A stretch of 64,000 bases of DNA from Vulcanimicrobiota bacterium (GTDB lineage Bacteria; Vulcanimicrobiota; Xenobia; Xenobiales; JADMJV01), in assembly GCA_050250895.1 (NCBI GenBank), contig JBFWNU010000006.1, positions 475,720 to 539,719 on the forward strand. The letters run 5' to 3'. This document shows, piece after piece, positions 18,640 to 29,102 of the stretch. A model generated the notes under the pieces. That model saw only the letters and a program-made list of their open reading frames with translations. It was not told the origin of the DNA and did no database searches. The translations under genes were made by a program, and so were the position numbers. How positions within the stretch are numbered: the stretch's first letter is position 1; every line of letters begins with the position of its first letter.

Positions 18640-19386
18640 CTACTTGAGCAAGAGCAAGACGGCGAAAATCACGATCATCGCCGTCACCACGCGCTTGGTC
18701 CAGCGATTGCCTTTGAGGATCGTGAGCCTGGCACCCACCAAACCACCCCCGAGCGAGCCCACCCCGTGAGCCAGGCCCAATCCCCAGTTGATCAGACCCC
18801 CCTGGATGAAGACCGCCAGGGCGGCCACCGTCAAGCAGAGGTTCATCGAGACCTTGACGGCGTTGCCGCGCACCAGGTTGAGGCCGGCGCGAGTGGTTAC
18901 GGCCAGGGCGAAAAAGCCCGTGCCGGCCTGGACGAAGCCGGCGTAGATGCCGACCAGAAAGAAGGCTGCGCCGGCCAGGCCCAGGGGAATTGCCGCCTCT
19001 TCCGAGAGTTGTTTCTTACCTCGCTCCGAGTCCCAGAGGGTATAGAGGCTGACCCCGATCATGAGCCCGACCAGCACTTGCCGAAAGACGTCGTTGGGGA
19101 TCCGGGCGGCCAGGTAGGCTCCCAACAGGGCCCCCAGACTGGCCGGAAGAGCCGACCAGGTCAAGTCGGCCCGGCGCAACAGCCCTTTGCGATAGAATTC
19201 CAGGCAAGAAGAGAAACTACCCAACAAGATGCCGATGCGATTCGAACCGTTGGCCACGTTCTCGGGCAGCCCCACCCAGACCAGGGCTGGCAAACTCATA
19301 AAGGAACCGCCCCCGGCTACGGCGTTGATGGCGCCGGCCAGAAAGCCCACCAGCGCCAGCACCGCCAGTTGCAGTTCGAAGCTCAT
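18640..19386 (-). CDS. sulfite exporter TauE/SafE (TSUP) family protein
   Basis: GFLAGAINAVAGGGSFMSLP, ANGSNRIGIL, GIYAGFVQAGTG; multiple transmembrane segments. Confidence 0.9.
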   Translation of the reverse strand: MSFELQLAVLALVGFLAGAINAVAGGGSFMSLPALVWVGLPENVANGSNRIGILLGSFSSCLEFYRKGLLRRADLTWSALPASLGALLGAYLAARIPNDVFRQVLVGLMIGVSLYTLWDSERGKKQLSEEAAIPLGLAGAAFFLVGIYAGFVQAGTGFFALAVTTRAGLNLVRGNAVKVSMNLCLTVAALAVFIQGGLINWGLGLAHGVGSLGGGLVGARLTILKGNRWTKRVVTAMIVIFAVLLLLK

Positions 19387-19405
19387 AGCGACCCTATTCG
19401 CGGGC

Positions 19406-19440
19406 AAAAAAAATAGGCCTCGGGATGGCGGTCCCTTAGC
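19406..19440 (-). terminator. intrinsic-terminator-like hairpin in the 5' leader of the TSUP gene
   Basis: minus strand AGGC-TAA-GGGA-CCGCCA-TCCC-GAG-GCCT-ATTTTTTTT about 20 nt before the ATG. Confidence 0.5.
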
Positions 19441-19538
19441 CTCGGAGTAGTGTGCTTGGTGATCTTTCACGACGGGTCGACAGGTTGTCTAGGGCTTTGA
19501 AAAAGTTTTTTTGGAAATTTGTAGAAGGGGCGGTTCCC

Positions 19539-21536
19539 ATGCTGATGAGAAGACTGACAAGCCTTTTACTACTGCTATTTCTGGCCGTTCCGGCGGTCGC
19601 TCAGCTAAGTCCGAAGGACCTGGCCCGACTTAAGAGTGTAGGCGATGTAGCCGTTTCGCCCGACGGCCAGAAGATCGCCTACATTTTGCGCGTTCAGCGC
19701 GATATCGATGACCCCGATGTGGAAGACGGGGCCGCCTATGCCGAGCTTTATCTTTATGAGGGCGGGGCTAGCCGGCCTTTCATCACCGGCGCGGTCACGG
19801 TCAGCGACGTGCAATGGACTCCCGACGGCAAAGAGATTGCCTTTCGGGCCAAACGGGCGGGGGACAAAGAGACCTGTCTGTACGCCATTCCCTTTGACGG
19901 GGGTGAAGCCCGCAAGATTCTCGAGTTCTCGGAAGGCGTGGGAGGCTACACCTTCAGTCCCGATGGGCGCAGGATCGCGTTTCTGGCCAGCGAGCCCAAA
20001 GCCAAGTCGGTAGAGAAGCGCGAGAAGCGCGGCTACAACCAGCAAGTGGTGGAAGAAGACTGGGCTTACACCCGGGTCTATATCGCCAATCGCGAACAGA
20101 AGACCAAGGATCTCAAGCCGCTGCAACTCGACGGCAACGCCGCCGAGCTGCACTGGAGCCCGGTCCAGGGGGACAATCGGTTGGCTCTGACCCTGGCTCC
20201 CAATCCCGGAGTCGACGCCAGCTATATGTACCGCCGCATTCGGGTCATCGACACCCAGGGGCAGGTACTGACCAAGATCGACAACCCCGGCAAACTCGGT
20301 CAGGTGAGTTGGAGCCCGGACGGCCGCTGGCTGGGCATGGTCTCGGGCGTGGATATCAACGACCCCGCCGAAGGCCACCTGATGGTGGCCGACTCCAAGA
20401 CGGGCGCCATCAAAGACCTGACTCCCAATCTGCCCGGGCATGTGGTCCACTTCGCCTGGCTTGACGCCAACAAGATGCAAGCCGTGGCCCACTTTGGCTG
20501 CGCCAGCGATCGGTTGGTCATCGACACCGGCGGCAAGATCGAGAATCTGCCCCATAACGACCTGATTTATCACGACCTTTCGGCCGGGGGCGGCAAGGTA
20601 GCCTATGTGGCTGACCATCCCACCCATCCCGGCGAGCTTTTCACCGAGCGGCGCCTGACCAACTCCAATCCCTGGCTCGACAAAATCAAGCTGGCCAAGC
20701 AAGAGGTCATGACCTACAAGGCTCGTGATGGCCTGCAACTCGAAGGCATGTTGTTGCGACCGATGGACGGTAGTGGGCCGGCCCCGCTGGTCTTGATCGT
20801 GCACGGCGGACCCGAATCGCACTATAGCAACGGTTGGAACAACTGGTACTCGACCCCCGGTCAGGTGCTGGCCGGGCGCGGCTATGCGGTGTTCTATCCT
20901 AACTACCGCGGCAGCACCGGCAGGGGAGTCGACTTCTCCAAGTCCAGCCAGGGCGACCCGGCCGGCAAGGAGTTCGACGATCTGGTTGACGCGGTGGACC
21001 ACCTCGTCAACCTCGGCCTGGTCGACAAGAGCAAGGTGGGCATCACGGGCGGTTCTTACGGTGGCTACGCTTCGGCCTGGGGAGCCACCTATTACTCCGA
21101 ACGCTTCGCTGCCTCGGTCATGTTCGTGGGCATCAGCGACAAGATCTCCAAAGTGGGCACCACCGACATTCCCGACGAAGAATTTCTGGTGCACGCCCGT
21201 CACCGGCCCTGGGACGCCTACGAGTTCTTCCGCGAACGCAGCCCCATTTTCCACGTCAAGAAAGCTCACACCCCGATCCTGATCATGCACGGCCGTGACG
21301 ACCCGCGGGTGCATCCCTCCCAGTCGATGGAACTGTTCCGGTTTCTCAAATCGTTGGGTCAGGCTCCGGTTCGGCTGGTCTTCTATCAGGGCGAGGGTCA
21401 CGGCAATCGCAAGGCGGCCGCCCGCTATGATTATAGCTTGCGTCTGCTGAGATGGATGGATCACTACCTGAAGGGTCCGGGCGGCGATCCGCCGCCACTC
21501 GAACTCGAGTATGACCTGCCGAGCCTCAAGAGTTGA
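19539..21536 (+). CDS. secreted S9 family peptidase (dipeptidyl/acylaminoacyl peptidase)
   Basis: signal peptide, beta-propeller SPDG repeats, VHGGP, NYRGSTG, GGSYGG nucleophile, D-PRV, EGHG. Confidence 0.92.
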   Translation: MLMRRLTSLLLLLFLAVPAVAQLSPKDLARLKSVGDVAVSPDGQKIAYILRVQRDIDDPDVEDGAAYAELYLYEGGASRPFITGAVTVSDVQWTPDGKEIAFRAKRAGDKETCLYAIPFDGGEARKILEFSEGVGGYTFSPDGRRIAFLASEPKAKSVEKREKRGYNQQVVEEDWAYTRVYIANREQKTKDLKPLQLDGNAAELHWSPVQGDNRLALTLAPNPGVDASYMYRRIRVIDTQGQVLTKIDNPGKLGQVSWSPDGRWLGMVSGVDINDPAEGHLMVADSKTGAIKDLTPNLPGHVVHFAWLDANKMQAVAHFGCASDRLVIDTGGKIENLPHNDLIYHDLSAGGGKVAYVADHPTHPGELFTERRLTNSNPWLDKIKLAKQEVMTYKARDGLQLEGMLLRPMDGSGPAPLVLIVHGGPESHYSNGWNNWYSTPGQVLAGRGYAVFYPNYRGSTGRGVDFSKSSQGDPAGKEFDDLVDAVDHLVNLGLVDKSKVGITGGSYGGYASAWGATYYSERFAASVMFVGISDKISKVGTTDIPDEEFLVHARHRPWDAYEFFRERSPIFHVKKAHTPILIMHGRDDPRVHPSQSMELFRFLKSLGQAPVRLVFYQGEGHGNRKAAARYDYSLRLLRWMDHYLKGPGGDPPPLELEYDLPSLKS

Positions 21537-24160
21537 GCAAGGAGGAGGAGAGGCTTCGCGAGTCCCACCGGCGGGAGGGCAACTGGAAGCGCTGGGGGCC
21601 CTATCTGGCCGAGCGGCAGTGGGCCACGGTGCGCGAGGACTACTCGGCCAACGGCGACTCGTGGGGGAGCTTTCCCCACGCCCACGCTCGCTCGCGGGTC
21701 TATCGCTGGGGTGAAGACGGCCTGTTGGGTCTGTGCGACCGCCAATGTCGCCTGGCTCTGGCTCCGGCTTTGTGGAATGGCCGCGATCCGTTTCTCAAAG
21801 AGCGGCTCTTTGGGCTGACCGGGCCCCAGGGCAACCACGGCGAGGATGTCAAGGAGTGCTACTACTACCTCGACGCTACTCCCACTCACAGCTATGGCAA
21901 GGCGCTCTACAAGTATCCGCAGGCGGAGTTCCCCTACGCCTGGCTGGTGGAAGAGAACGGCAACCGAGGTCGAGAGCAGCCCGAATTCGAACTGACCGAC
22001 ACCGGGATCTTCGACGAGGAACGCTATTTCGACGTTTTCGTCGAGTATGCCAAGGCCGGCCCCAACGACCTGCTGGTGGCCTACGAGGTCTACAACCGTG
22101 GACCCGAGGCGGCCGAGGTCTGGGTCTTGCCCACTCTCTGGTTTCGCAATACCTGGTCGTGGGGCCGCCAGGGAGAGGACTATGGGCCTGAGCCCCGGTT
22201 GTGGTGGGACAACGGCGTCGTCGAGTGCGACCACCATCAACTCGGCCGGTTCACTCTGGCCTTCGAGAGCCCGCCGGATCAGGCTCTATTCACCCATAAC
22301 GAGACCAATCGCGAGCGCCTCTACGGGGCGTCCAATCCCCAGCCCTACGTTAAAGATGCCTTCCATCGCTATCTGGTGGAAAGACAGCAGCGCGCCGTCA
22401 ATCCGGCTCAGGCCGGCACCAAGATGGCCGCGGTCTATCATCTCAGCCTCGAGTCGGGCCAATCGCGCCGCATCTGTCTGCGCCTGTCGAGCCAGGACGA
22501 ACGCCCCACGAAGCCCTTTGGCCAGGCCTACCACAGGGTCTTCGCCCAGTCTCGAAAAGAGGCCGACGAGTTCTATGCAGCTCGTGACCCTGGACTTAGC
22601 GACGAGGATCGTCTGATCTGGCGCCAGGCCTACGCCGGGCTGTTGTGGTCCAAGCAATTCTACTTCTACTCGGTAGAGCACTGGCTCGAGGGAGATCCCA
22701 GCCAGCCCCCGCCGCCACGTCAACGCTGGACGGGACGTAACGAGTCGTGGCGAGAGACTCTCTATAACCGGGATGTTATTCTCATGCCCGACAGCTGGGA
22801 GTATCCGTGGTACGCGGCCTGGGACCTGGCTTTCCACGTCTTTCCGCTGGCTCGCCTCGATCCTGATTTCGCCAAGCAACAACTGGTGCTCATGTTGCGC
22901 GAGTGGTATATGCACCCCAGCGGAGCCATTCCGGCCTACGAGTTCAATTTCAGTGACGTCAATCCACCGGTGCACGCCTGGGCGGTCCTGCGCGTTTACC
23001 GAACCACCGGGAGCCGCGACCGGGCCTTTCTCGAGCGCTGCTTCCACAAGCTGCTGCTCAATTTTACCTGGTGGGTCAATCGCACCGACCAGGACGGCAA
23101 TAACGTCTTTTCGGGTGGCTTTTTGGGGCTCGACAATATCGGGGTTTTCGACCGCTCGCGCTTTCCCCGGCACCTGGGTGAACTCGAGCAAGCCGACGCT
23201 ACTGCCTGGATGGCATTTTTCAGTCTGCGGATGCTGGCCATCGCCCTGGAGTTGGCCCGCCAGAATCCGGTTTACGAAGACATCGCCTCGAAGTTCTTCG
23301 AGCATTTCGTGGCCATCACCGACTCGGTCAACCACCTGGGAGAATTGGGACTTTGGGACCCTCAGGACGGCTTCTACTATGACGTCATCCGCAGTCCCCA
23401 GGGTTCGATTCCGCTCAAAGTGAGATCCATGGTGGGGCTGTTGCCGCTGATCGCGGTCGAGATCCTGGATGGCTCGCAACTGGCCGAACTCGAAGGCTTT
23501 CGCAAACGAATGGAGTGGTTACTCGACAACCGTCCCGGGTTGGCTCGCCATATCGTTCGCTGTCCCGAGACGGGCAACATCTTGTTGGCCGTGGCCCCGC
23601 AAGAGCAGTTGGTGCGCGTGCTCGACAAGATGCTCGACACCGAGGAGTTTCTCTCGAAGTTCGGCATTCGCTCGCTTTCCCGATTTCATGCCAGGCATCC
23701 CTATCGCTTCATCACCTCGGGACAGGAATATCGGGTGGACTATGAACCAGCCGAATCGGTCTCGGGGATGTTCGGTGGCAACAGCAATTGGCGTGGTCCG
23801 GTGTGGTTTCCGGTCAACTATCTTCTCATTGACGCCCTCAAGCGTCATTACCAATTTTACCGGGACCAGCTGAAGGTGGCCTTTCCTAGCCGCTCGCGCC
23901 ACCGGCTCACCTTGCTCGAGGTGGCCCACAATTTGGAGAACCGCCTGGCCAGTCTGTTCCGGCGTGGGCCTCACGGGCGACCGGCCCATGCCGGAGAGAA
24001 GATTTATTCACGCCCCGAATGGCAAGATCTGGTGCTATTCTATGAGTATTTCGATGCGGAAACGGGCAAAGGATTGGGGGCTTCCCATCAAACGGGCTGG
24101 ACGGCCCTGGTGGCGCGCAGTTTGGAGGACATCGACCCCGATCATTGCCTTCGGGGATAA
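21533..24160 (+). CDS. GH63/MGH1-like glycoside hydrolase (glucosidase)
   Basis: [61 protein letters not shown]. Confidence 0.88.
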   Translation: MSKEEERLRESHRREGNWKRWGPYLAERQWATVREDYSANGDSWGSFPHAHARSRVYRWGEDGLLGLCDRQCRLALAPALWNGRDPFLKERLFGLTGPQGNHGEDVKECYYYLDATPTHSYGKALYKYPQAEFPYAWLVEENGNRGREQPEFELTDTGIFDEERYFDVFVEYAKAGPNDLLVAYEVYNRGPEAAEVWVLPTLWFRNTWSWGRQGEDYGPEPRLWWDNGVVECDHHQLGRFTLAFESPPDQALFTHNETNRERLYGASNPQPYVKDAFHRYLVERQQRAVNPAQAGTKMAAVYHLSLESGQSRRICLRLSSQDERPTKPFGQAYHRVFAQSRKEADEFYAARDPGLSDEDRLIWRQAYAGLLWSKQFYFYSVEHWLEGDPSQPPPPRQRWTGRNESWRETLYNRDVILMPDSWEYPWYAAWDLAFHVFPLARLDPDFAKQQLVLMLREWYMHPSGAIPAYEFNFSDVNPPVHAWAVLRVYRTTGSRDRAFLERCFHKLLLNFTWWVNRTDQDGNNVFSGGFLGLDNIGVFDRSRFPRHLGELEQADATAWMAFFSLRMLAIALELARQNPVYEDIASKFFEHFVAITDSVNHLGELGLWDPQDGFYYDVIRSPQGSIPLKVRSMVGLLPLIAVEILDGSQLAELEGFRKRMEWLLDNRPGLARHIVRCPETGNILLAVAPQEQLVRVLDKMLDTEEFLSKFGIRSLSRFHARHPYRFITSGQEYRVDYEPAESVSGMFGGNSNWRGPVWFPVNYLLIDALKRHYQFYRDQLKVAFPSRSRHRLTLLEVAHNLENRLASLFRRGPHGRPAHAGEKIYSRPEWQDLVLFYEYFDAETGKGLGASHQTGWTALVARSLEDIDPDHCLRG

Positions 24161-24211
24161 ACCCCTGGAAGAGAGGAACCCGAACGGGTCCGACCAACTT
24201 GAGATCCTCTG

Positions 24212-25132
24212 ATGAGTGTTTTCGATTCGAAAATCTCCAGCCTCTGGAAACGGCTCTCCGACTGGCTTCAAGTGAACTCGCCGCCAACCTTCGAGACCTT
24301 GCGTCCGGGAGCGGGCGAGGAGCGCATTCGCTATCTCGAAGAAGGCTTCGGTTTTCACTTTCCGCCTCCCATACGGACCTTCTTCGGATTGGTCGAGGGT
24401 CAGGGCACCGACGCCCCCTGCGGCCTGTTCGAAGGGTGGAGCTTGCTCAACTTCGAGGAGTTGCTGCAGGAGTGGGAGGCCCTGGGCGACGCGCTCACCT
24501 CGGCTCCTACTGCCGAGGCTATTGCCTTTCACGGCCCCCTCAAACGGGTCTACGCGACCCGCGGGTGGATTCCGTTCGCCACCGATTTCGGCGGTGGCTT
24601 ACTCTGTTTTGACCTCGAGCCCGGACTGGGTGGACAGGTGGGCCAGATTCTCGAGTTGGATCACGAGGGGAGCCATCGGCGCGTGCTCGCTCCCAGTCTT
24701 GAACTCTTCCTGGAAAAGATGATCACCGACCTCGAATCGGGCCGGACCTTGCTCGACGACGCCGTGTATCGGCCTGAGAGCGTGCGCATTGATGGCGCGG
24801 CTCAACTGCGCCCGGGCAACGTCTGCAGCCATCCGCGCCTGGCCGAGATCGGTCTTTCGATTTCGGTGGTAGAACCCGAAGAGGACGGCTTCGGCGGTTC
24901 TGAGTTGGCGTTGGCCCTGGAAGAGGACCAAACGGTGGAATTGGGCGAGGTTCGCCTCGAGACCCCCGACGGCAAGGTCCTTTCGACCAGAAGTGCCAGT
25001 CTGGCTCGTTTTGATCGCCATCTGCGTAGTTTTACCTCGGTCCGCATTCTGGGCTGGGATCGAAACTTGCCCCCCGACGCTCAGCTGGTGGTCGGCTTCT
25101 TTCATCTCGAGCGACCGTGGCTGGCGCGCTAA
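24212..25132 (+). CDS. SMI1/KNR4 family protein with extra C-terminal domain
   Basis: LRPGAGEERIRYLEEGFG..FP, WIPFATDFGG...DLEPG..GQVGQI, VLAPSLELFL. Confidence 0.8.
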   Translation: MSVFDSKISSLWKRLSDWLQVNSPPTFETLRPGAGEERIRYLEEGFGFHFPPPIRTFFGLVEGQGTDAPCGLFEGWSLLNFEELLQEWEALGDALTSAPTAEAIAFHGPLKRVYATRGWIPFATDFGGGLLCFDLEPGLGGQVGQILELDHEGSHRRVLAPSLELFLEKMITDLESGRTLLDDAVYRPESVRIDGAAQLRPGNVCSHPRLAEIGLSISVVEPEEDGFGGSELALALEEDQTVELGEVRLETPDGKVLSTRSASLARFDRHLRSFTSVRILGWDRNLPPDAQLVVGFFHLERPWLAR

Positions 25133-25178
25133 CTTTCCTCTAACGCGCCAGAAGCGCTGCTCTAACCGCCGCTTTCCT

Positions 25179-27572
25179 ATGATGGGCCAAGTGGTGGAAC
25201 AGAAAGAAGCGGAAATGTCGCAAAGACAACCCCTTGTCGCCGTACGAAACACAGTGATGTTTCCCCACGGCGTCCTTCCGATTACGGTCGCCCGACCCCG
25301 ATCCCGCGCCGCCATCGAGGCGGCTTTCGACAAACAAGACGGCACCCTGGTGGTGTTCGCGCAAAAGGATCCCCAACAGGATAGTCCCGAGGCGGACGAC
25401 CTGTTTACTATTGGCACGCGAGTGCGCATTCAACGTGTGGTCAAGAGCCACAGCCATTTCGAGGTGCTGCTTCAAGGCATCGAACGGGTCCGTCTGCTCG
25501 ACGTGACTGCGCGTGATGGCTATCTGGAGGGCGAGGTCGAGACCTTGCCAACCTTTCAGGATGAAGGCCTCGAGATCGAGGCCCTGGGCCGGGAAGTGAT
25601 CGAGGTGTCCACGCAGGTCTTGGAACTTTCGGGCCAAAGTCGTGGTCCGCTGGCTCATCTTGCGGCTCAACTCGACGATCCGGTTCAACTGGCCTATTTT
25701 CTAGCCCCTGCTCTGGGACTGCCGGTGGATAAGTGTCAGGCCGTGCTGGAAGCGTCGAGCCGTCAACAGACGCTCGAGCGGCTGCTCGAGTTCTTGCGGT
25801 TCGAACTCGAGGTCTTGGGACTGCAAAAGCAGATCAACAGCCAGACCCGTGAGCAACTTGGCAAAGAGCAAAAGCAAGCCATCTTGCGGCGTCAACTGGA
25901 GGCCATTCGCAAAGAGATGGGCGACGGCGAAGATGAACAGGCCGAAGCCGAGCTTTTGCGCGAGCGGCTCGAACAACTCGACCTTTCTGAAGAGGTTCAC
26001 AAAGAGATCGAGCGCGAACTCAAGAGACTGGAACGCACGCCGAGCAACTCGCCCGACTACCAGGTGGCCCGCACCTATCTCGAGTTGGTGTTGGACCTGC
26101 CCTGGAAAGAGAGCACCGAAGACAATCTCGATCTGGCACGGGCTCGTCAGGTGCTCGACGAGGACCATCACGGTCTCGAAGAGATCAAAGAACGAATTCT
26201 CGAACATCTGGCGGTGATGAAGCTCAATGCCGAGGCCAAAGCTCCCATCCTCTTGTTCGTCGGCCCGCCCGGAGTCGGTAAGACCTCGCTGGGACAGTCC
26301 ATTGCCAGGTCTTTAGGCCGCAAGTTCGAACGGCTGAGCCTGGGCGGGTTGCACGACGAAGCCGAGCTTCGAGGCCATCGGCGAACCTACATCGGAGCCA
26401 TGCCGGGTCGCTTGATTCAGGCTTTGCGCCGGGCCGGTTCGAAAAACCCTGTGTTGATGCTCGACGAGATCGACAAGCTGGGCCGAGGCTTTCGTGGCGA
26501 CCCGGCGGCCGCTTTGCTGGAAGTGATCGACCCGGCCCAGAACGACAAGTTCCGGGACAACTACCTCGACCTGCCCTTTGACCTGTCCAAGGTGATGTTC
26601 ATCTTGACGGCCAACTCCCTGGATACCATCCCTGAGCCTTTGCTAGACCGCATGGAGGTCATCCACCTGAGCGGCTATTCTCAGGAAGAGAAGCTCGGGA
26701 TCGCTCGCCGCTACCTGGTGCCCCGGCGTCTTCGCGAAGCAGGTCTGGCCCAGGAACAGGTGACCGTGCTCAAGGAGGCGCTCAACCACCTGATTGCTCG
26801 CTATACCCGCGAGGCGGGCGTGCGCAATCTCGAGCGGGCGCTGGGCAAAGTGGCGCGCAAACTGGCCCTGCGGTATAGCGAACAGGCCCAGTCGTTCACG
26901 CTGGACGTGGCTCTGGTCCAAGAACTGCTCGGGCCCGAGACCTTCAGCGAAGAACGGGTGCGTCAACGCAGCGACAACGGAGTAGCCACCGGGCTGGCCT
27001 GGACTCGAGCGGGCGGCGACATTCTCTACATCGAATCGCTTCTGATTGCAGGGGGTAAGGGATTGACCCTGACCGGCCAACTCGGTGAGGTCATGAGCGA
27101 ATCGGCCCAGGCCGCCCAAAGCTACATTCTGTCGAAGGCCCGCGAGTTTCGTATCCCCGAGCGAAGCCTGCGCGAGAGTGGCGTGCACATCCACGTTCCG
27201 GCCGGGGCCATCCCCAAGGACGGCCCCTCGGCGGGGGTTACGATGGCGGTTTCGCTGGCTTCGGCCTATACCGGCATCGCGGTTCGCCCGGACGTGGCTA
27301 TGACCGGCGAGATCACTCTCACCGGATTGGTCTTGCCGGTGGGCGGAATCAAAGAAAAGGTCCTGGCCGCCCGTCGGAGCGGGATCACTACCGTGATCCT
27401 GCCCCGCGACAACGAGAGGGACCTGGCCAAACTGCCTGACCACATCCGCGCCGAGATGGAGTTCGTGCTGGCTGACCGCATCGAAGAGGTGCTGGAGGTC
27501 GCCGCTCCCGAGATCGCAAGACGACTGGCCCGCGAACGAGAGGCGCTGCTGGCCGGCGGGGTCTTGAACTAA
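25179..27572 (+). CDS. lon: Lon protease (endopeptidase La)
   Basis: Walker A GPPGVGKTS, RGHRRTYIGAMPG, DEIDK, PKDGPSAG, PVGGIKEK; start 25179 or 25215. Confidence 0.96.
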   Translation: MMGQVVEQKEAEMSQRQPLVAVRNTVMFPHGVLPITVARPRSRAAIEAAFDKQDGTLVVFAQKDPQQDSPEADDLFTIGTRVRIQRVVKSHSHFEVLLQGIERVRLLDVTARDGYLEGEVETLPTFQDEGLEIEALGREVIEVSTQVLELSGQSRGPLAHLAAQLDDPVQLAYFLAPALGLPVDKCQAVLEASSRQQTLERLLEFLRFELEVLGLQKQINSQTREQLGKEQKQAILRRQLEAIRKEMGDGEDEQAEAELLRERLEQLDLSEEVHKEIERELKRLERTPSNSPDYQVARTYLELVLDLPWKESTEDNLDLARARQVLDEDHHGLEEIKERILEHLAVMKLNAEAKAPILLFVGPPGVGKTSLGQSIARSLGRKFERLSLGGLHDEAELRGHRRTYIGAMPGRLIQALRRAGSKNPVLMLDEIDKLGRGFRGDPAAALLEVIDPAQNDKFRDNYLDLPFDLSKVMFILTANSLDTIPEPLLDRMEVIHLSGYSQEEKLGIARRYLVPRRLREAGLAQEQVTVLKEALNHLIARYTREAGVRNLERALGKVARKLALRYSEQAQSFTLDVALVQELLGPETFSEERVRQRSDNGVATGLAWTRAGGDILYIESLLIAGGKGLTLTGQLGEVMSESAQAAQSYILSKAREFRIPERSLRESGVHIHVPAGAIPKDGPSAGVTMAVSLASAYTGIAVRPDVAMTGEITLTGLVLPVGGIKEKVLAARRSGITTVILPRDNERDLAKLPDHIRAEMEFVLADRIEEVLEVAAPEIARRLAREREALLAGGVLN

Positions 27573-27890
27573 TCACTTCTGGGGCGAGCCGGCCACGGCT
27601 CGCCCCAGCCATAGGCGGCGCATCATTTTCTTTTCGAACTCCCAGAAGAAGCGGAACTGGCCAAAGATGGCGCCCCACAGCAACAGCAACACCTGATAGG
27701 CGGGTAGCATGAAGACAAGGTAGAGGGTGGTGGTCAACCACCCGGGCAGATGGGGGCCCACCCCGACCAGGTCGAAAACGGGTTCTTTCAGGCGGGCTAC
27801 CGAGGTGCCGGTGACGGCGAATACGGTGAAGATCAGCCAGAACTGGCCGGTGCTTTGAATACCCCACCGTTGCTTGAGTCGCTCGATCAT
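27573..27890 (-). CDS. small membrane protein (DUF6787-like)
   Basis: LKQRWGI, FTVFAVTG, YQVLLLLWGAIFGQFRFFWEFEKKM pattern. Confidence 0.7.
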   Translation of the reverse strand: MIERLKQRWGIQSTGQFWLIFTVFAVTGTSVARLKEPVFDLVGVGPHLPGWLTTTLYLVFMLPAYQVLLLLWGAIFGQFRFFWEFEKKMMRRLWLGRAVAGSPQK

Positions 27891-27929
27891 CCCTCTTATG
27901 ATGGATTCTCCATCGACGCCGATTCCCTT

Positions 27930-28997
27930 CTAGACGGGGCGTTCCGGAGCCCGATGCAGCCCGGCCGGTAGAGTCTTGGCTTCACGAATCAGGTAGTTCA
28001 GGGTGTCTGCCATGATGGCCAGGGTGATATCGAAGCTATTGAGGCTGTCACCAAAGCCCGCCGTCAGGTTTACCATCGACCCTTTGGCCAGGAGATAAAT
28101 GGTCTTCGCCCCCAGCTGGTAGGCCTGGATGTGGGGTAGGACCTGGCGGTGCGCGAAGCGGTCCATCGCGGCCACATCGATCTCGTCACTCGAATGCCCG
28201 ACATTGAGCAGAAAACAGCCGTCTTTGAGTCCAAGCAAGTCCTGCTCGCCCAACACACCAGGTGTGCCGGTGGCCGTCACCACCACGTCGGCCTCGGCCA
28301 GGGTCGCTCGTGGCTCACCAACCTTCCACCCGGCGAAGCTTGCCTCGAGAGCGCGTTTGGCCTCGGGCTCGAGAATCTCGATGATGCCCCCATAAGCCCG
28401 AGCCGCCTCGGCCACGCCCCGACCCACCGGCCCAAATCCCAGCACCGCCACCCGTAACCCGTGAAGGGTCAGGCCGGTGCGAGAGAAGAAGGTGTGCCAG
28501 GCCGTGAGTCCCACCATGTAGCGATTGTGCAGCCCGCGCTTGAGTTCCACCTGGTCCCAGTCGATGACGGGGTAGGGGAGGTTGAACTGACCGAGCAGGG
28601 CGATGCCCGAACCTGTCCCCTCCATGGAGCCCAGCACGCCGGACAGACCCGGACGCTGCATCAGGGCCGCGGTCAAAGCGCCGCCAAGCTCGCAAAGGTG
28701 GGTCGGCTGCCAGGCCAGAGCACGCTCCTGAGCCCCCTCATCCACGTCAACCGTGACGCAAGCGCCGCTGAGATGGATGAGCGACTCGGGGTCGCTGGTG
28801 ACGGGGTTGCAACTGGTCAGGTAAAGTTCGGCCCCTTGGACGGCCAGGGCCTCGAAAAAGGGCACCATCTTGAGGTCCAGGTGGACCGAAAACGCCAAGC
28901 GCACACCGTCGAGGTCCGGCAGGCGCTCGAGGGCTCGACGGGCACGTTGGAAGTGCTGGCGGCACCATTGCAGACGCTGCTCAAATGGGGCTTCCAT
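27930..28997 (-). CDS. adenosylhomocysteinase-like protein (short, divergent)
   Basis: HLDLK, SCNP, EGTGSGI, HNRY.VG, GFGPVGRGVA, VTATG, NVGH, MVNL; GGAG RBS. Confidence 0.8.
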   Translation of the reverse strand: MEAPFEQRLQWCRQHFQRARRALERLPDLDGVRLAFSVHLDLKMVPFFEALAVQGAELYLTSCNPVTSDPESLIHLSGACVTVDVDEGAQERALAWQPTHLCELGGALTAALMQRPGLSGVLGSMEGTGSGIALLGQFNLPYPVIDWDQVELKRGLHNRYMVGLTAWHTFFSRTGLTLHGLRVAVLGFGPVGRGVAEAARAYGGIIEILEPEAKRALEASFAGWKVGEPRATLAEADVVVTATGTPGVLGEQDLLGLKDGCFLLNVGHSSDEIDVAAMDRFAHRQVLPHIQAYQLGAKTIYLLAKGSMVNLTAGFGDSLNSFDITLAIMADTLNYLIREAKTLPAGLHRAPERPV

Positions 28998-29102
28998 CGA
29001 CTCTCCTTCCACGGCCTGGAAGCGGAATCATCTTTCCCCTGAAGGCCACTGACTTTTCGGAACCGGCAGGTAGTTTTTCGAAAACTCAAGAAAGCCGATG
29101 GG

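Noticed and set aside
15357-18691. Diversity-generating retroelement TR/VR pair (duplicated TSUP tail)
   Set aside because: Mismatches are mixed rather than adenine-specific, and there is no reverse transcriptase in the window.
17456-18769. ORFs 17456-18547(-), 17961-18647(+), 18182-18769(+)
   Set aside because: Open frames arise from GC-rich tandem repeats and IS antisense; the composition is not protein-like.
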